From an uncultured Acidobacteriota bacterium (GTDB taxonomy: Bacteria; Acidobacteriota; Vicinamibacteria; Vicinamibacterales; UBA823), in contig CAJXDY010000003.1 in assembly GCA_913052135.1 (NCBI GenBank), positions 19,004-83,003 on the forward strand: a DNA stretch of 64,000 nt. The letters run 5' to 3'. Shown piece after piece: positions 1 to 9,330 of this stretch. Each line of letters opens with the position of its first letter. Within the stretch, counting starts at the first letter, position 1. The notes below the pieces were generated by a model, which was given only the letters and a program-made list of their open reading frames with translations, did no database searches and was not told the origin of the DNA. The translations under genes and the position numbers were made by a program.

Positions 1-1
1 G

Positions 2-511
2 CTGACGGTCCCTGTTGGTGAAATTTCAGTTGTTGCAGCTAAGTTGTTAAGCGTGACCGAACAGTCATTAGAGCGTGCGATTTCAGCTGTCCGAGTAGGC
101 GCACGCGTATCGGATTTGGGGTATGCCGTTCAGCATTATGTTGAGGCGAACGGTTATTCGGTTGTGCGAGAATTTGTGGGGCATGGGATTGGCACCAAGC
201 TTCATGAGGAGCCGCAGATCCCGAATTATGGCCAACCTGGTCAGGGTCCAAGGTTGGCTGAGGGTATGGTGTTAGCAATTGAGCCAATGGTTAATGTCGG
301 GTCAGCAACTGTAAAGATTTTGAAGGATGGCTGGACCGCTGTTACCAGTGATGGAAACCTATCAGCCCATTTTGAACACACTGTTGCGGTGACTGCTGAA
401 GGCGCAGAAGTCCTAACCCGTCGTTCTAGTGAAAGTAACCACGATGGTGACAATTTGAGTGTGACAACAATGCAACATGCTTCTATGTCCACTGTATTGC
501 CAGAATCGTAA
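2..511 (+). CDS. map: Methionine aminopeptidase type I (5' end outside window)
   Basis: The frame of ORF 44..511 stays open back to base 2 (LTVPVGEISVVAAKLL...), so the gene is cut by the window edge. MetAP motifs VVREFVGHGIG, MVLAIEPM and SAHFEHTVAVT are present. It sits directly upstream of rpmJ-rpsM, as in the canonical cluster. About 35 extra residues follow ...AEVLT. Confidence 0.9.
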   Translation: MTVPVGEISVVAAKLLSVTEQSLERAISAVRVGARVSDLGYAVQHYVEANGYSVVREFVGHGIGTKLHEEPQIPNYGQPGQGPRLAEGMVLAIEPMVNVGSATVKILKDGWTAVTSDGNLSAHFEHTVAVTAEGAEVLTRRSSESNHDGDNLSVTTMQHASMSTVLPES

Positions 512-562
512 TATTGTGGATGAAATTACAGTGATTAGGTATTGTGTAACAAAGGTGCTGAA

Positions 563-676
563 ATGAAAGTTCGAGCCTCGGTTAAGCGAATGTGTCCTAA
601 ATGTAAGGTTGTTCGGAGACGTGGAGTTGTTCGTATTATTTGTACGAATCCAAAGCATAAGCAAAGGCAGGGTTAG
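563..676 (+). CDS. rpmJ: 50S ribosomal protein L36
   Basis: Not in the ORF track because it is under 60 aa. My translation from ATG 563 is [37 protein letters not shown], with stop TAG at 674-676. It has the typical L36 CxxC...C...H zinc-ribbon pattern and the expected position before rpsM. Confidence 0.9.
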   Translation: MKVRASVKRMCPKCKVVRRRGVVRIICTNPKHKQRQG

Positions 677-729
677 ATTAAGCTGGTATTGTCTTACAAG
701 GAAACCTTAGGACGGAGTGAAAACTAGTT

Positions 730-1104
730 ATGGCACGAATTGCTGGAGTTGATTTACCACAGGCGAAGCGAGTGGAAATTGCATTGACCTATATCTATGG
801 TATTGGTCAACAGCGATCAGAAAATATTCTCGAATCCGCTGGAGTCAGTCCAGATGTGCGGATTAAAGATCTTACGGAGGACGACGTTCGTAAGATTAGT
901 CGTGTCATCGAAGAACAGGGTCGTGTCGAAGGTGACTTAAGGAAAGAAATCTCTATGAACATCAAGCGTTTAATGGAGATTGGTTGCTACCGTGGAATGC
1001 GTCACCGAAGGAATCTTCCGGTTCGAGGGCAACGTACACACACCAATTCGAGAACCCGAAAAGGTCCAAGGAAGGGTGCGGTCGCGAAGAAAAAAACGAT
1101 GTGA
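730..1104 (+). CDS. rpsM: 30S ribosomal protein S13
   Basis: The N-terminus [24 protein letters not shown] and the basic C-terminal tail are typical of S13. Operon order rpmJ-rpsM-rpsK is canonical. Confidence 0.95.
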   Translation: MARIAGVDLPQAKRVEIALTYIYGIGQQRSENILESAGVSPDVRIKDLTEDDVRKISRVIEEQGRVEGDLRKEISMNIKRLMEIGCYRGMRHRRNLPVRGQRTHTNSRTRKGPRKGAVAKKKTM

Positions 1105-1136
1105 CACTGTCAACATTAAGGTAGAGGTTTTTGATA

Positions 1137-1580
1137 ATGGCTAAGAAGGATGTCGTCGACGCAACGCTGACGGAGGGAGTGAAACGCCCTGCGAAGCGTA
1201 AAAAAACTGGAAAAAAGAGGGGTGAAAAGCGTGTTGTGCACCATGGCATTGCGCATATTCAAGCCTCATTTAATAACACAATCATTACTATCACTGATGC
1301 TGAGGGCAACGTCGTGGCTTGGTCAAGCGCCGGTGGTATCGGTTTTAAGGGTTCACGCAAAGGTACACCGTTTGCAGCGACTCAAGCTGCGATTAATGCT
1401 GGCAACGCTGCCAAGGGTGTTGGTATGCGCTCGGTTGAAGTTAAGGTTAAAGGGCCAGGTTCCGGTAGGGAGGCAGCTATTCGGGCTCTTCAGACTATTG
1501 GCATGGATGTTCGCTTGATTCGTGACGTCACGCCAGTACCTCATAATGGCTGCAGGCCTCCTAAACGGCGTCGTGTTTAA
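1137..1580 (+). CDS. rpsK: 30S ribosomal protein S11
   Basis: [20 protein letters not shown] and the C-terminal [18 protein letters not shown] are typical of S11. I prefer ATG 1137 (MAKKD...) over the track's TTG 1131. The SD AAGGTAGAGG lies at 1118-1127. Confidence 0.93.
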   Translation: MAKKDVVDATLTEGVKRPAKRKKTGKKRGEKRVVHHGIAHIQASFNNTIITITDAEGNVVAWSSAGGIGFKGSRKGTPFAATQAAINAGNAAKGVGMRSVEVKVKGPGSGREAAIRALQTIGMDVRLIRDVTPVPHNGCRPPKRRRV

Positions 1581-1636
1581 GATTTTGTCGTTGAGATATT
1601 TTTTGGTGAAGTTAGAAAAAAGGATAAGGACATAGC

Positions 1637-2266
1637 ATGGCACGATACAACGGTCCGGTATGTCGACTTTGCAGGCGAGAAGGCATGAAGCTTTTTCTTA
1701 AGGGTGAGCGTTGCTATATGGAGAAATGCGCCATTGAGAAACGGAATGTTCCACCAGGGCAGCAGGGCAAGGCTCGTAAAGCAAAGTTGATGGGCTATGG
1801 TTTGCAACTGAGAGAAAAACAGAAGGTTAAGAGAACCTACGGGGTTCTTGAAAAGCAATTTCGTCGCTACTTCGAATCAGCTGATCGTCAACGGGGAATT
1901 ACAGGTGAAACGCTTTTACAGTTACTGGAGCGTCGTTTTGACAATGTTATCTATAGGCTTGGACTAGCGACTTCCAGACCTCAAGCTCGTCAGCTTGTTC
2001 GGCACGGACATTTTTTTGTTAATGAACGAAAAGTTACGATACCGTCGTACTCTCTGGATGTTGGTGACACTGTAACCGTGCACAAAAACAGTGCCAAGAA
2101 AGTTTCGATTCAGCATGCGATCGAAGAGGTTAAAGGACGCGGTATTCCTGACTGGTTAACATTCGACGGTGAGAAATTGTCTGGAAAAGTGTCGTCACTG
2201 CCGACACGTGAACAGATCAATTTAGTTGTTCAAGAGCAGTTAATTGTTGAGTTGTATTCGAAATAG
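1637..2266 (+). CDS. rpsD: 30S ribosomal protein S4
   Basis: [26 protein letters not shown] is the zinc-type S4 N-terminus. An S4 RNA-binding domain is present ([23 protein letters not shown]). Confidence 0.95.
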   Translation: MARYNGPVCRLCRREGMKLFLKGERCYMEKCAIEKRNVPPGQQGKARKAKLMGYGLQLREKQKVKRTYGVLEKQFRRYFESADRQRGITGETLLQLLERRFDNVIYRLGLATSRPQARQLVRHGHFFVNERKVTIPSYSLDVGDTVTVHKNSAKKVSIQHAIEEVKGRGIPDWLTFDGEKLSGKVSSLPTREQINLVVQEQLIVELYSK

Positions 2267-2327
2267 AGGTTCGAGGCTGTAGTGTAAGGCTTGGGATGAC
2301 GATCCCGGCAAGAAAGGATTGATGTCG

Positions 2328-3332
2328 ATGTTGTGGAAGGGTTTCCAAAGACCAAAGCGGCTTGAGTTTGAGCGTGAGACGTTAACCGATCAGTTCGGAC
2401 GATTTTCGGCTCAGCCGTTCGAACGTGGTTTCGGGACAACGATTGGAACTGCCTTGCGACGGGTCTTACTTTCTTCGATTGAAGGAGCCGCTGCGGTGGC
2501 AGTAAAAATTGACGGTGTACTACATGAGTTTTCACCCATACCCGGCGTGGTAGAGGATGCGACGGATGTTATTCTCAATATAAAGCAGGTGCCACTCAGG
2601 ATACACGTTGGGACGACCAAGATACTTACGATCAACGTAACGAAGCCTGGAGAAGTCAAGGCTCGGGACCTTCAAACCGATGCAGATGTTGAGATTCTTG
2701 AGCCGGATGTACACATCGCGACAGTTGCAGAGGGTGGTGCTCTGAATATGGAGGTCAGGGTTCGCCGAGGACGTGGATATGTATCAGCCGATAAGAATTT
2801 TGATGAGGATTTAGGAATCGGTTGGATACCTATTGATTCTGTTCATTCGCCAGTCAAGAAGGTTAAACATGTAGTTGAAGCTGCTCGTTTAGGGCAGGCA
2901 ACTGACTACGAGAAGATAACGATGGATCTCTGGACTAATGGCTCGATTGCTCCTCGTGAAGCAGTCTCTCTGGCCGCTAAGTTACTTCGCGATCACTTAA
3001 ACATTTTTATTAATCTTGAAGATTCGGTTGAGCAAATCAGTGAAGCGCCGGTAGAAATCCAAGAGGTAATATCAAACGACAATCTTGAAAAAAGTGTAGA
3101 AGAGTTGGAACTTTCAGTCAGATCATACAACTGTTTAAAGAATGCGAATATTGAAACAATTCGTGAATTAGTACAGAAGACCGAAGGTGAAATGCTGAAG
3201 ACCAAGAATTTTGGTCGTAAATCACTGAACGAGATTAAGGATCTGTTGACCAGTATGGGACTCAGCTTGGGTATGCGGTTGGACCAACCAACAGAGCAGC
3301 TAGAGAGTCCTAGCAATTCTCTTGAGGTATGA
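2328..3332 (+). CDS. rpoA: DNA-directed RNA polymerase alpha subunit
   Basis: The N-terminal domain has FGRF...[21 protein letters not shown]. The C-terminal domain has [22 protein letters not shown]. The start is ambiguous among TTG 2319, ATG 2322 and ATG 2328. ATG 2328 has the best spacing from SD AAAGGA at 2313-2318. Confidence 0.93.
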   Translation: MLWKGFQRPKRLEFERETLTDQFGRFSAQPFERGFGTTIGTALRRVLLSSIEGAAAVAVKIDGVLHEFSPIPGVVEDATDVILNIKQVPLRIHVGTTKILTINVTKPGEVKARDLQTDADVEILEPDVHIATVAEGGALNMEVRVRRGRGYVSADKNFDEDLGIGWIPIDSVHSPVKKVKHVVEAARLGQATDYEKITMDLWTNGSIAPREAVSLAAKLLRDHLNIFINLEDSVEQISEAPVEIQEVISNDNLEKSVEELELSVRSYNCLKNANIETIRELVQKTEGEMLKTKNFGRKSLNEIKDLLTSMGLSLGMRLDQPTEQLESPSNSLEV

Positions 3333-3338
3333 CAATAC

Positions 3339-3935
3339 ATGCGTCATCGTGTAGCGCATCGAAAATTAGGTCGAACTAGTGAACATCGTCTTGCGCTGTT
3401 GCGCAGTCAAGCAGTGGCCTTATTACGGCATGAGCGGATTGAGACGACTGTACCAAAGGCTAAGGAATTGCGACCGTTTGTCGAGCGTCTGATTACGCTT
3501 GCCAAGCGTGGCCTAGCGAGTGAAGAGCAGTCAAAGATTGTGCATGCACGTCGTTTGGTGCGTCGAGAGATTGCTGATCCGATAGTATTGAGTAAATTAT
3601 TTGATGGCATTGCACCTCGTTTTTCAGCTAGAGCCGGTGGTTATACGAGATTGCTGAGAATTGGTGTTCGTCGAGGTGACAGTGCTGACGTTGCCCAAGT
3701 GGAATTGGTGGGTAGCGAGTACGTCCAGGCTTCGGTGAAGTCAGACGGTGAAGAAACAACTGTTCAGGTTAAGTCGAAAGGTGTCGGAGGTCGCTTGCGA
3801 GCAGCTGCGCAGCGTATGCGCGGCAAAGCGTCGAAGCCCACAGATGAGGCCTCCATTCCAAATAATGCTGATAAAAAGAGTCGTCGTGCGTCTAAAAAAA
3901 CTAAAACTGCAGAAAAAAAATCAACCGATAAGTGA
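3339..3935 (+). CDS. rplQ: 50S ribosomal protein L17 with a long Lys/Ala-rich C-terminal tail
   Basis: MRHRVAHRKLGRTSEHR..LLR and GGYTRLLR.G.RRGD form the L17 core. About 70 further residues are rich in K, A and S (…KKSRRASKKTKTAEKKSTDK). Confidence 0.9.
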   Translation: MRHRVAHRKLGRTSEHRLALLRSQAVALLRHERIETTVPKAKELRPFVERLITLAKRGLASEEQSKIVHARRLVRREIADPIVLSKLFDGIAPRFSARAGGYTRLLRIGVRRGDSADVAQVELVGSEYVQASVKSDGEETTVQVKSKGVGGRLRAAAQRMRGKASKPTDEASIPNNADKKSRRASKKTKTAEKKSTDK

Positions 3936-3983
3936 TTCTTGTATCTAAATAGTCTTGTTGTAAGCTAGCGCACAGTCCTCATG

Positions 3984-6083
3984 CTAGTCTTCGTCTTCTG
4001 ATTCGGCACTGCCTTCACCTTTTGAAGCCGCAATTATCTTACCTTGAAGGTGACTTGGCACTTCTTCATATTGTAAAAATTCCATGTGATACGATCCTCG
4101 GCCGCCAGTAGCTGAGGTCAACTGCTGCTCGTAAGTAAGCATTTCGGCCATTGGAACCTGTGCCTTGATGGAGGTCATGACACCTCGAGGTTCCATGCCA
4201 CCGATGCGACCTCGGCGACTGTTAAGATCTCCCATCAAGTCACCAGCGAACTCGTTCGGAGCGTAGATTTCTACGTTCATAATAGGTTCTAATATAGTCG
4301 GCTTAGCTCGAGTCATAGCGTCTTTAAAGGCGAGTTTACCTGCCATTTTGAAGGAGAGTTCATTTGAGTCCACTGCATGGAACGAACCATCAAAGACCGT
4401 GACTTTGAAATCGACAACTGGAAAACCAGCTAGAAATCCTTGCATTCGAGCTTCGTTAACCCCCTTTTCAACTGCAGGAATGAACTGGCGTGGAATGGAA
4501 CCGCCAAAAGTCTCATTGGCGAACTCAAACTCTGAGCCACGTTCCAATGGTTCCACGCGAATCTTACAGTCTCCAAATTGCCCGTGTCCGCCACTCTGCT
4601 TCTTGTGTCGACCATGGGCCTCGGTATGTGTCGAAATCGTTTCTCGATATGGAATTCTTGGTAGGTTTAGGTTAACTTCGACACCAAACCTTCGTTTAAG
4701 TTTAGCTACGGTTACTTCAATATGGAGCTGGCCTTGGCCAGAAAGAAGTAATTCATTTGTTTGTGCGTCTCGGTCATACTGAATTGTTGGGTCTTCCTCG
4801 GTTAATCGTTTCAATGCGGTGCCGATCTTCTCTTCGTCACCGCGACTCTTGGGCTCAACTGCATAAGACAAGACCGTCTCTGCGTACTTGAATGGTGCAA
4901 AAGAAACCGTGTTGGTGTTGTCGCCAAATGTGTCTCCTGTATGCGTGTTTTTCAATTTTGCTACTGCACCAAGATCTCCGGCTTTAATCTCTGTTACGGT
5001 AGATTGAGTTTTGCCTTGCAGTATCATGAGATGTCCTAGTCGCTCACTATCGTCCTTTGTTAAATTATGTATGGTGGTGTCAGATTTCAACGAACCAGAC
5101 ACTACACGGAACATCGTAATCTTCCCAGCAAACGGATCTGCGATCGTCTTCCAGACGAAGGCGGCATACGGATGAGACTCCTTAGCCTCACATATTACTG
5201 GTTCGTTGCTGGACCGATCTACGCCAGAAAATGGTCTATCGGCTGGTGATGGCAGATAGGTGAGAATGCTTTCCAAAACTGGCTGAATACCAATATTCAA
5301 TGTTGCAGAGGTACAAAACAATGGAAACACTAGCCCGGCACGTGTTGCTGTTTTCAAACCTTCATTTAATTCTTGTTGGGTTAGGGTCCCCGCTTCAAAA
5401 AACTTTTCCATCAAGGTGTCGTCAGTCTCAGCGATCACCTCAATCAGTTTGTCACGTGCTGCATTAGCCTTTTCTGCGGATTCAGATTGGACTTCTTGCG
5501 CGGAGAACTTACCACTGCCATCGCTGTTGAAGACAAGTTCTTGCATTGAAACGAGATCGATTACACCGTGAAAAGACTTCTCTTCGCCCAAAGGGAGTTG
5601 CACAGGTACCACCTTACGTCCAAAGACATCTTGAAGTGAGCCGAGAGCCCGTTCAAGACTTGCACGCTCGAGGTCGAGCCGGTTTAGTATTAGCAAACGC
5701 GGTAGGCCGAATTCGTGGGCTGTGTTCCATACTTTCTCCGTCTGTACTTCAACTCCAGCGACGGCGTCTACGACAATGACGGCAGCATCACTTATTTGGA
5801 GGGCGGCTTGTGCTTCGCTTAAAAAATTTGCCATGCCAGGTGTATCTATTATGTTGATCTTGTGTTTGTTCCATTCTGCATGGGCGATGCTAGCCGATAG
5901 CGTGTGTTTTCTTGCGATTGCTTCTTCGTCGAAGTCTGTAACTGTTGTGCCATCATCAACTTGACCTAGGCGATTAACCATTTCAGCGTCGAATAATATT
6001 GTCGAGGCCAACTGAGTTTTTCCAGATCCGCTGTGCCCAACGAAAGAAACATTTCGAATGCTAGGCGCGTCGTAAACCTTCAT
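3984..6083 (-). CDS. Elongation factor G paralog (EF-G2-like translational GTPase)
   Basis: At 699 aa it has EF-G five-domain length. The G1 motif is GHSGSGKT rather than the canonical AHIDAGKT, G3 is DTPG and G4 is NRLD. Domain IV/V-like regions are present (HGRHKKQSGGHGQFGD..., IAGFPVVDFKVT). The G1 variant resembles the EF-G-2 class. SD TAGGAGTG lies upstream of the ATG. Confidence 0.8.
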   Translation of the reverse strand: MKVYDAPSIRNVSFVGHSGSGKTQLASTILFDAEMVNRLGQVDDGTTVTDFDEEAIARKHTLSASIAHAEWNKHKINIIDTPGMANFLSEAQAALQISDAAVIVVDAVAGVEVQTEKVWNTAHEFGLPRLLILNRLDLERASLERALGSLQDVFGRKVVPVQLPLGEEKSFHGVIDLVSMQELVFNSDGSGKFSAQEVQSESAEKANAARDKLIEVIAETDDTLMEKFFEAGTLTQQELNEGLKTATRAGLVFPLFCTSATLNIGIQPVLESILTYLPSPADRPFSGVDRSSNEPVICEAKESHPYAAFVWKTIADPFAGKITMFRVVSGSLKSDTTIHNLTKDDSERLGHLMILQGKTQSTVTEIKAGDLGAVAKLKNTHTGDTFGDNTNTVSFAPFKYAETVLSYAVEPKSRGDEEKIGTALKRLTEEDPTIQYDRDAQTNELLLSGQGQLHIEVTVAKLKRRFGVEVNLNLPRIPYRETISTHTEAHGRHKKQSGGHGQFGDCKIRVEPLERGSEFEFANETFGGSIPRQFIPAVEKGVNEARMQGFLAGFPVVDFKVTVFDGSFHAVDSNELSFKMAGKLAFKDAMTRAKPTILEPIMNVEIYAPNEFAGDLMGDLNSRRGRIGGMEPRGVMTSIKAQVPMAEMLTYEQQLTSATGGRGSYHMEFLQYEEVPSHLQGKIIAASKGEGSAESEDED

Positions 6084-6160
6084 ATGGTGTTACACTCCTA
6101 TCTGTTTCGCTTACGATGACTGTTTATGTTTGTTAGACGCAGAGAGCTAGGGAGAGTATA

Positions 6161-6712
6161 GTGCTTGGTTTTGTTCCTAAGGAATTATTTTTTACTAAAG
6201 GTGTTGGTAAGCACCGAGAAAAATTAACGTCGTTCGAATTGGCACTTCGTTCAGCCGGTATAGCCGCCTGTAATCTTGTTCGTGTGTCGAGTATTTTTCC
6301 ACCTGGCGGTAAGATTATCTCTCGTTCTGCTGGGACAAAACGATTGAAGCCAGGCCAAGTGACTTTTGTGGTGATGTCCGAAGCCGCCTCTAGAGAGCCC
6401 CATCGACTGGTTGCTGCAACGATTGGAGTTGCAATTCCTCGTGATGCCGAATTGTACGGCTACTTGTCAGAACATCACAGCTATGGGGAAAATGAAAAAA
6501 CAGCCGGTGACTATGCTGAGGATCTTGCCGCTGAAATGTTAGCTACAACGCTAGGCCTCGACTTTGATCCAGATACAAGCTGGGATGAAAAAAAAGAGGT
6601 TTACCGTCTATCAAATGAAATTGTGCGTACGCAGAATGTTACGCAAACTGCAGTAGGTGATAAGAATGGCCTATGGACGACGGTAATTGCAGCTGCTGTC
6701 CTTGTCGGTTGA
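6161..6712 (+). CDS. pdaD: Pyruvoyl-dependent arginine decarboxylase
   Basis: NLVRVSSIFPPG matches the PdaD self-cleavage region (archaeal NLIRISSIMPP, cleaved between the two Ser). The size is about 180 aa. GTG start with SD GGAGAG at 6151-6156. Confidence 0.8.
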   Translation: MLGFVPKELFFTKGVGKHREKLTSFELALRSAGIAACNLVRVSSIFPPGGKIISRSAGTKRLKPGQVTFVVMSEAASREPHRLVAATIGVAIPRDAELYGYLSEHHSYGENEKTAGDYAEDLAAEMLATTLGLDFDPDTSWDEKKEVYRLSNEIVRTQNVTQTAVGDKNGLWTTVIAAAVLVG

Positions 6713-6814
6713 CGAGAGGTGTTTACACGCAGGACAGTTATTCGATAAACACGAAGCTTCTCATGTTTATACTTCATTGATGTTTAGCGTGCTTATTAAA
6801 TATCCTAGGGGATT

Positions 6815-8023
6815 ATGACAGATAAGAATCGATGGCTACTTCTCGTTTGCACGCTTGCTGGACTCACTGCATCGACAGTGTCGGCATATGTTGGGCTGCA
6901 GTCTCGTCTCGACTCAAGTTATGCCAGCTTCTGTGACATCAATGCGACGATGAGTTGTACCGATGTATATCTCAGCCAATTTGGGAGCCTCTGGGGCGTA
7001 CCAGTAGCCTTCTTTGGCATAGTCTGGTTTGTATTGATTGCTTTGCTGATACTGGCAGCACCGCTGGGAACGAAACATTTTCAGGAAAGCGTACCGGGGT
7101 ATCTGTTCGCTTGTTCGTCGATTGGTCTCGCAGTCGTATTTTACTTAGGCTATGCATCATTGTTTCTGCTTGGCACAGTTTGTGTAATGTGTGTGATTGT
7201 TTATTTAGCTGTCATAGGGATCTTCTTGATTTCTGGTGCCACAACGCAGTTTAAATTGATGACGTTACCATTACGCATAAGTCGTGATCTACGACAAGGG
7301 ATGACCTCCCCGATTGCTTTGAGTATAGCTGGAGGATTTGTAGTGGCGACCGTAGTTGGTGCGGCTTGGCTGGGCGAGCATCAGGTTGCTGAAGGCACGT
7401 CTTCCGTTCGCGGTGCCGAATTATTATCGGAATCGGAGAGGGATGAATTTATTCGATGGTGGGAAGCTCAACCGCGTGTGGATTTGCCAATTTCGGCAGA
7501 CGATTCCAGTGTATTGATCGTGAAGTTCAATGACTATATGTGTCCTCCATGTCGGCAGACGTACCTAAGTTATCATGGCCTCCTACAGGCGTACGAAGTA
7601 AGAAGACCTGGCGCTGTGAGGCTCGTTACTAAACATTTTCCGTTGGACCCAGAGTGCAATGCGAGTACGCCCAATGGTATGCATCTTGCTTCCTGTGATG
7701 CCGCTGTCGCTGTGACGTTGGCCAAGCGAAATGGTCAGGATGCACGCCTCGAAGCTTGGTTATTTGATAATCAGGCAACCTTGTCTCCGGCTAGTGTGAG
7801 AGCGGCCGCACGGGATGTAGCGGATATTCAGGATTATGATAGTGAATATTCTCGTACACTGGAGGTCATTAAGTCGGACATCGCGTTGGCGAATAGTCTC
7901 GCCGTTGATGTTACCCCGACATTCGTTATCAATGGTGTGCGAGTGGCTGGTGGATTAACCGTACCGTATCTTGATGCTGCGATAGCGTATGAACTTGCTC
8001 GTAAAGAAAAGAACGAATCTTGA
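6815..8023 (+). CDS. Vitamin K epoxide reductase (VKOR) fused to a DsbA/thioredoxin-like domain
   Basis: The N-terminal half has multiple TM helices, a loop cysteine pair (SFCDINATMSC) and a membrane CxxC (CVMC). The C-terminal half is soluble, with the thioredoxin-fold active site CPPC (FNDYMCPPCRQ) and a DsbA-like end (TPTFVINGVRV). Confidence 0.8.
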   Translation: MTDKNRWLLLVCTLAGLTASTVSAYVGLQSRLDSSYASFCDINATMSCTDVYLSQFGSLWGVPVAFFGIVWFVLIALLILAAPLGTKHFQESVPGYLFACSSIGLAVVFYLGYASLFLLGTVCVMCVIVYLAVIGIFLISGATTQFKLMTLPLRISRDLRQGMTSPIALSIAGGFVVATVVGAAWLGEHQVAEGTSSVRGAELLSESERDEFIRWWEAQPRVDLPISADDSSVLIVKFNDYMCPPCRQTYLSYHGLLQAYEVRRPGAVRLVTKHFPLDPECNASTPNGMHLASCDAAVAVTLAKRNGQDARLEAWLFDNQATLSPASVRAAARDVADIQDYDSEYSRTLEVIKSDIALANSLAVDVTPTFVINGVRVAGGLTVPYLDAAIAYELARKEKNES

Positions 8024-8105
8024 TGTAAGACTGTATGAAGTTGCTTAAATTATTTATGTGCGAGTTTCTTGTAAATATTTCTGGTATATTCTCACGCATC
8101 GTGAC

Positions 8106-9191
8106 CTAGTTACGCATACCTATTTGTTTTAGCGCGCGTTCGATTTGTTTGCTGGTTACGTCCTCAACAATCGTTGTAAGGCCGATGCCCGTTGGCAACA
8201 CGAAATGTAATTTTCCTTGGATGATTTTCTTATCTTGTTTAATCGTATTGATAATTTGTTGGATTGATAAATCACTGGTTGACGGCAGGGGACCCAGACG
8301 TCGAATCAGCGCGCCTAGTTCATCGTAGCCTGTTATGCTGAACTCGCCACGTGTTTCTGCAATGCTCGCCGCAGCTAGCATCCCGAAAGCGACTGCCTCA
8401 CCATGACGAAAACGGCGGTATTTTGTTACAGATTCAATTGCATGCCCGACTGTGTGACCAAAATTCAGAACGCGACGTAACCCTGTCTCCCGTTCATCTG
8501 ACTGGACGATTGATGCTTTAATGCGACAACATTTAGTGATGATTGACATGAGTGTTCGTGGTTCGTGATTAAAAACCGCCGTGAGTTCCCCGCCTAGTTT
8601 TTTAAACAGCGGAGGACTTGCGATCATGCCGTATTTGATTACTTCGTAGAGACCTGCACGAAATTCACGACGTGGCAGTGTGTCTAACAATTGTGGGTCG
8701 ATAGCTACTAGTCTTGGTGGATGAAAGGCCCCAATGAGGTTCTTGCCGAGTTTGTGGTTAATGCCGACTTTACCGCCGATAGAGCTATCGACTTGAGCCA
8801 AGAGCGTTGTTGGTACGTGAACGAGTGAAAGACCCCGCAAGAATGTAGCTGCAGCATATCCAGCGACATCACCAACGACTCCGCCTCCTACAGCAATGAG
8901 CACGCTATGACGATCAGCTCCAGCTCGGATAAGTGCATCATAAATGTAATCAACCGTCTGCTGGCGCTTGTAGCGCTCGCCATCAGGAATCAAGATGGTT
9001 TCTGCGCCAGGGATTGCTCGGCCGATTGTTTGGCCATGGAGTTTCCAGACAAGTTGATTGGAGATAATGAATGGTCTATGTGACAAGATAGTTTCATGCA
9101 GCAGTGTCTCGAGATTGGCAATAAGGCCAGAGCCAATATGGACCGGATAGGTGTGACTGCCTGATTTGATTTTGACTTGAATGGGTTTCAT
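8106..9191 (-). CDS. aroB: 3-dehydroquinate synthase
   Basis: AroB motifs: GGGVVGDVAGYAAATFLRG, VHVPTTLLAQVDSSIGGK and NFGHT.GHA.E. The track ORF starts at TTG 9308. Alignment to the AroB N-terminus (M..I.V..G...YP+.IG.G) supports ATG 9191 (MKPIQVKIKSGSHTYPVHIGSG). Confidence 0.9.
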   Translation of the reverse strand: MKPIQVKIKSGSHTYPVHIGSGLIANLETLLHETILSHRPFIISNQLVWKLHGQTIGRAIPGAETILIPDGERYKRQQTVDYIYDALIRAGADRHSVLIAVGGGVVGDVAGYAAATFLRGLSLVHVPTTLLAQVDSSIGGKVGINHKLGKNLIGAFHPPRLVAIDPQLLDTLPRREFRAGLYEVIKYGMIASPPLFKKLGGELTAVFNHEPRTLMSIITKCCRIKASIVQSDERETGLRRVLNFGHTVGHAIESVTKYRRFRHGEAVAFGMLAAASIAETRGEFSITGYDELGALIRRLGPLPSTSDLSIQQIINTIKQDKKIIQGKLHFVLPTGIGLTTIVEDVTSKQIERALKQIGMRN

Positions 9192-9330
9192 GATGAATCC
9201 GAGTAAGAATAATTTAGGTGTTCGATGGTAGGATACAGTAATTCGCCCCCTTCGGAGCCCTCCTACGCTCGAATACACTGAAGGGTGCAGTAATTGTGAG
9301 CGGATCAATAAAAATTAAGGTGGCGTATCG

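Noticed and set aside
9192-9308. A 39-residue N-terminal extension of AroB from TTG 9308.
   Set aside because: The extension has no SD and does not align to the AroB N-terminus. The conserved N-terminus begins at MKPIQV (ATG 9191).
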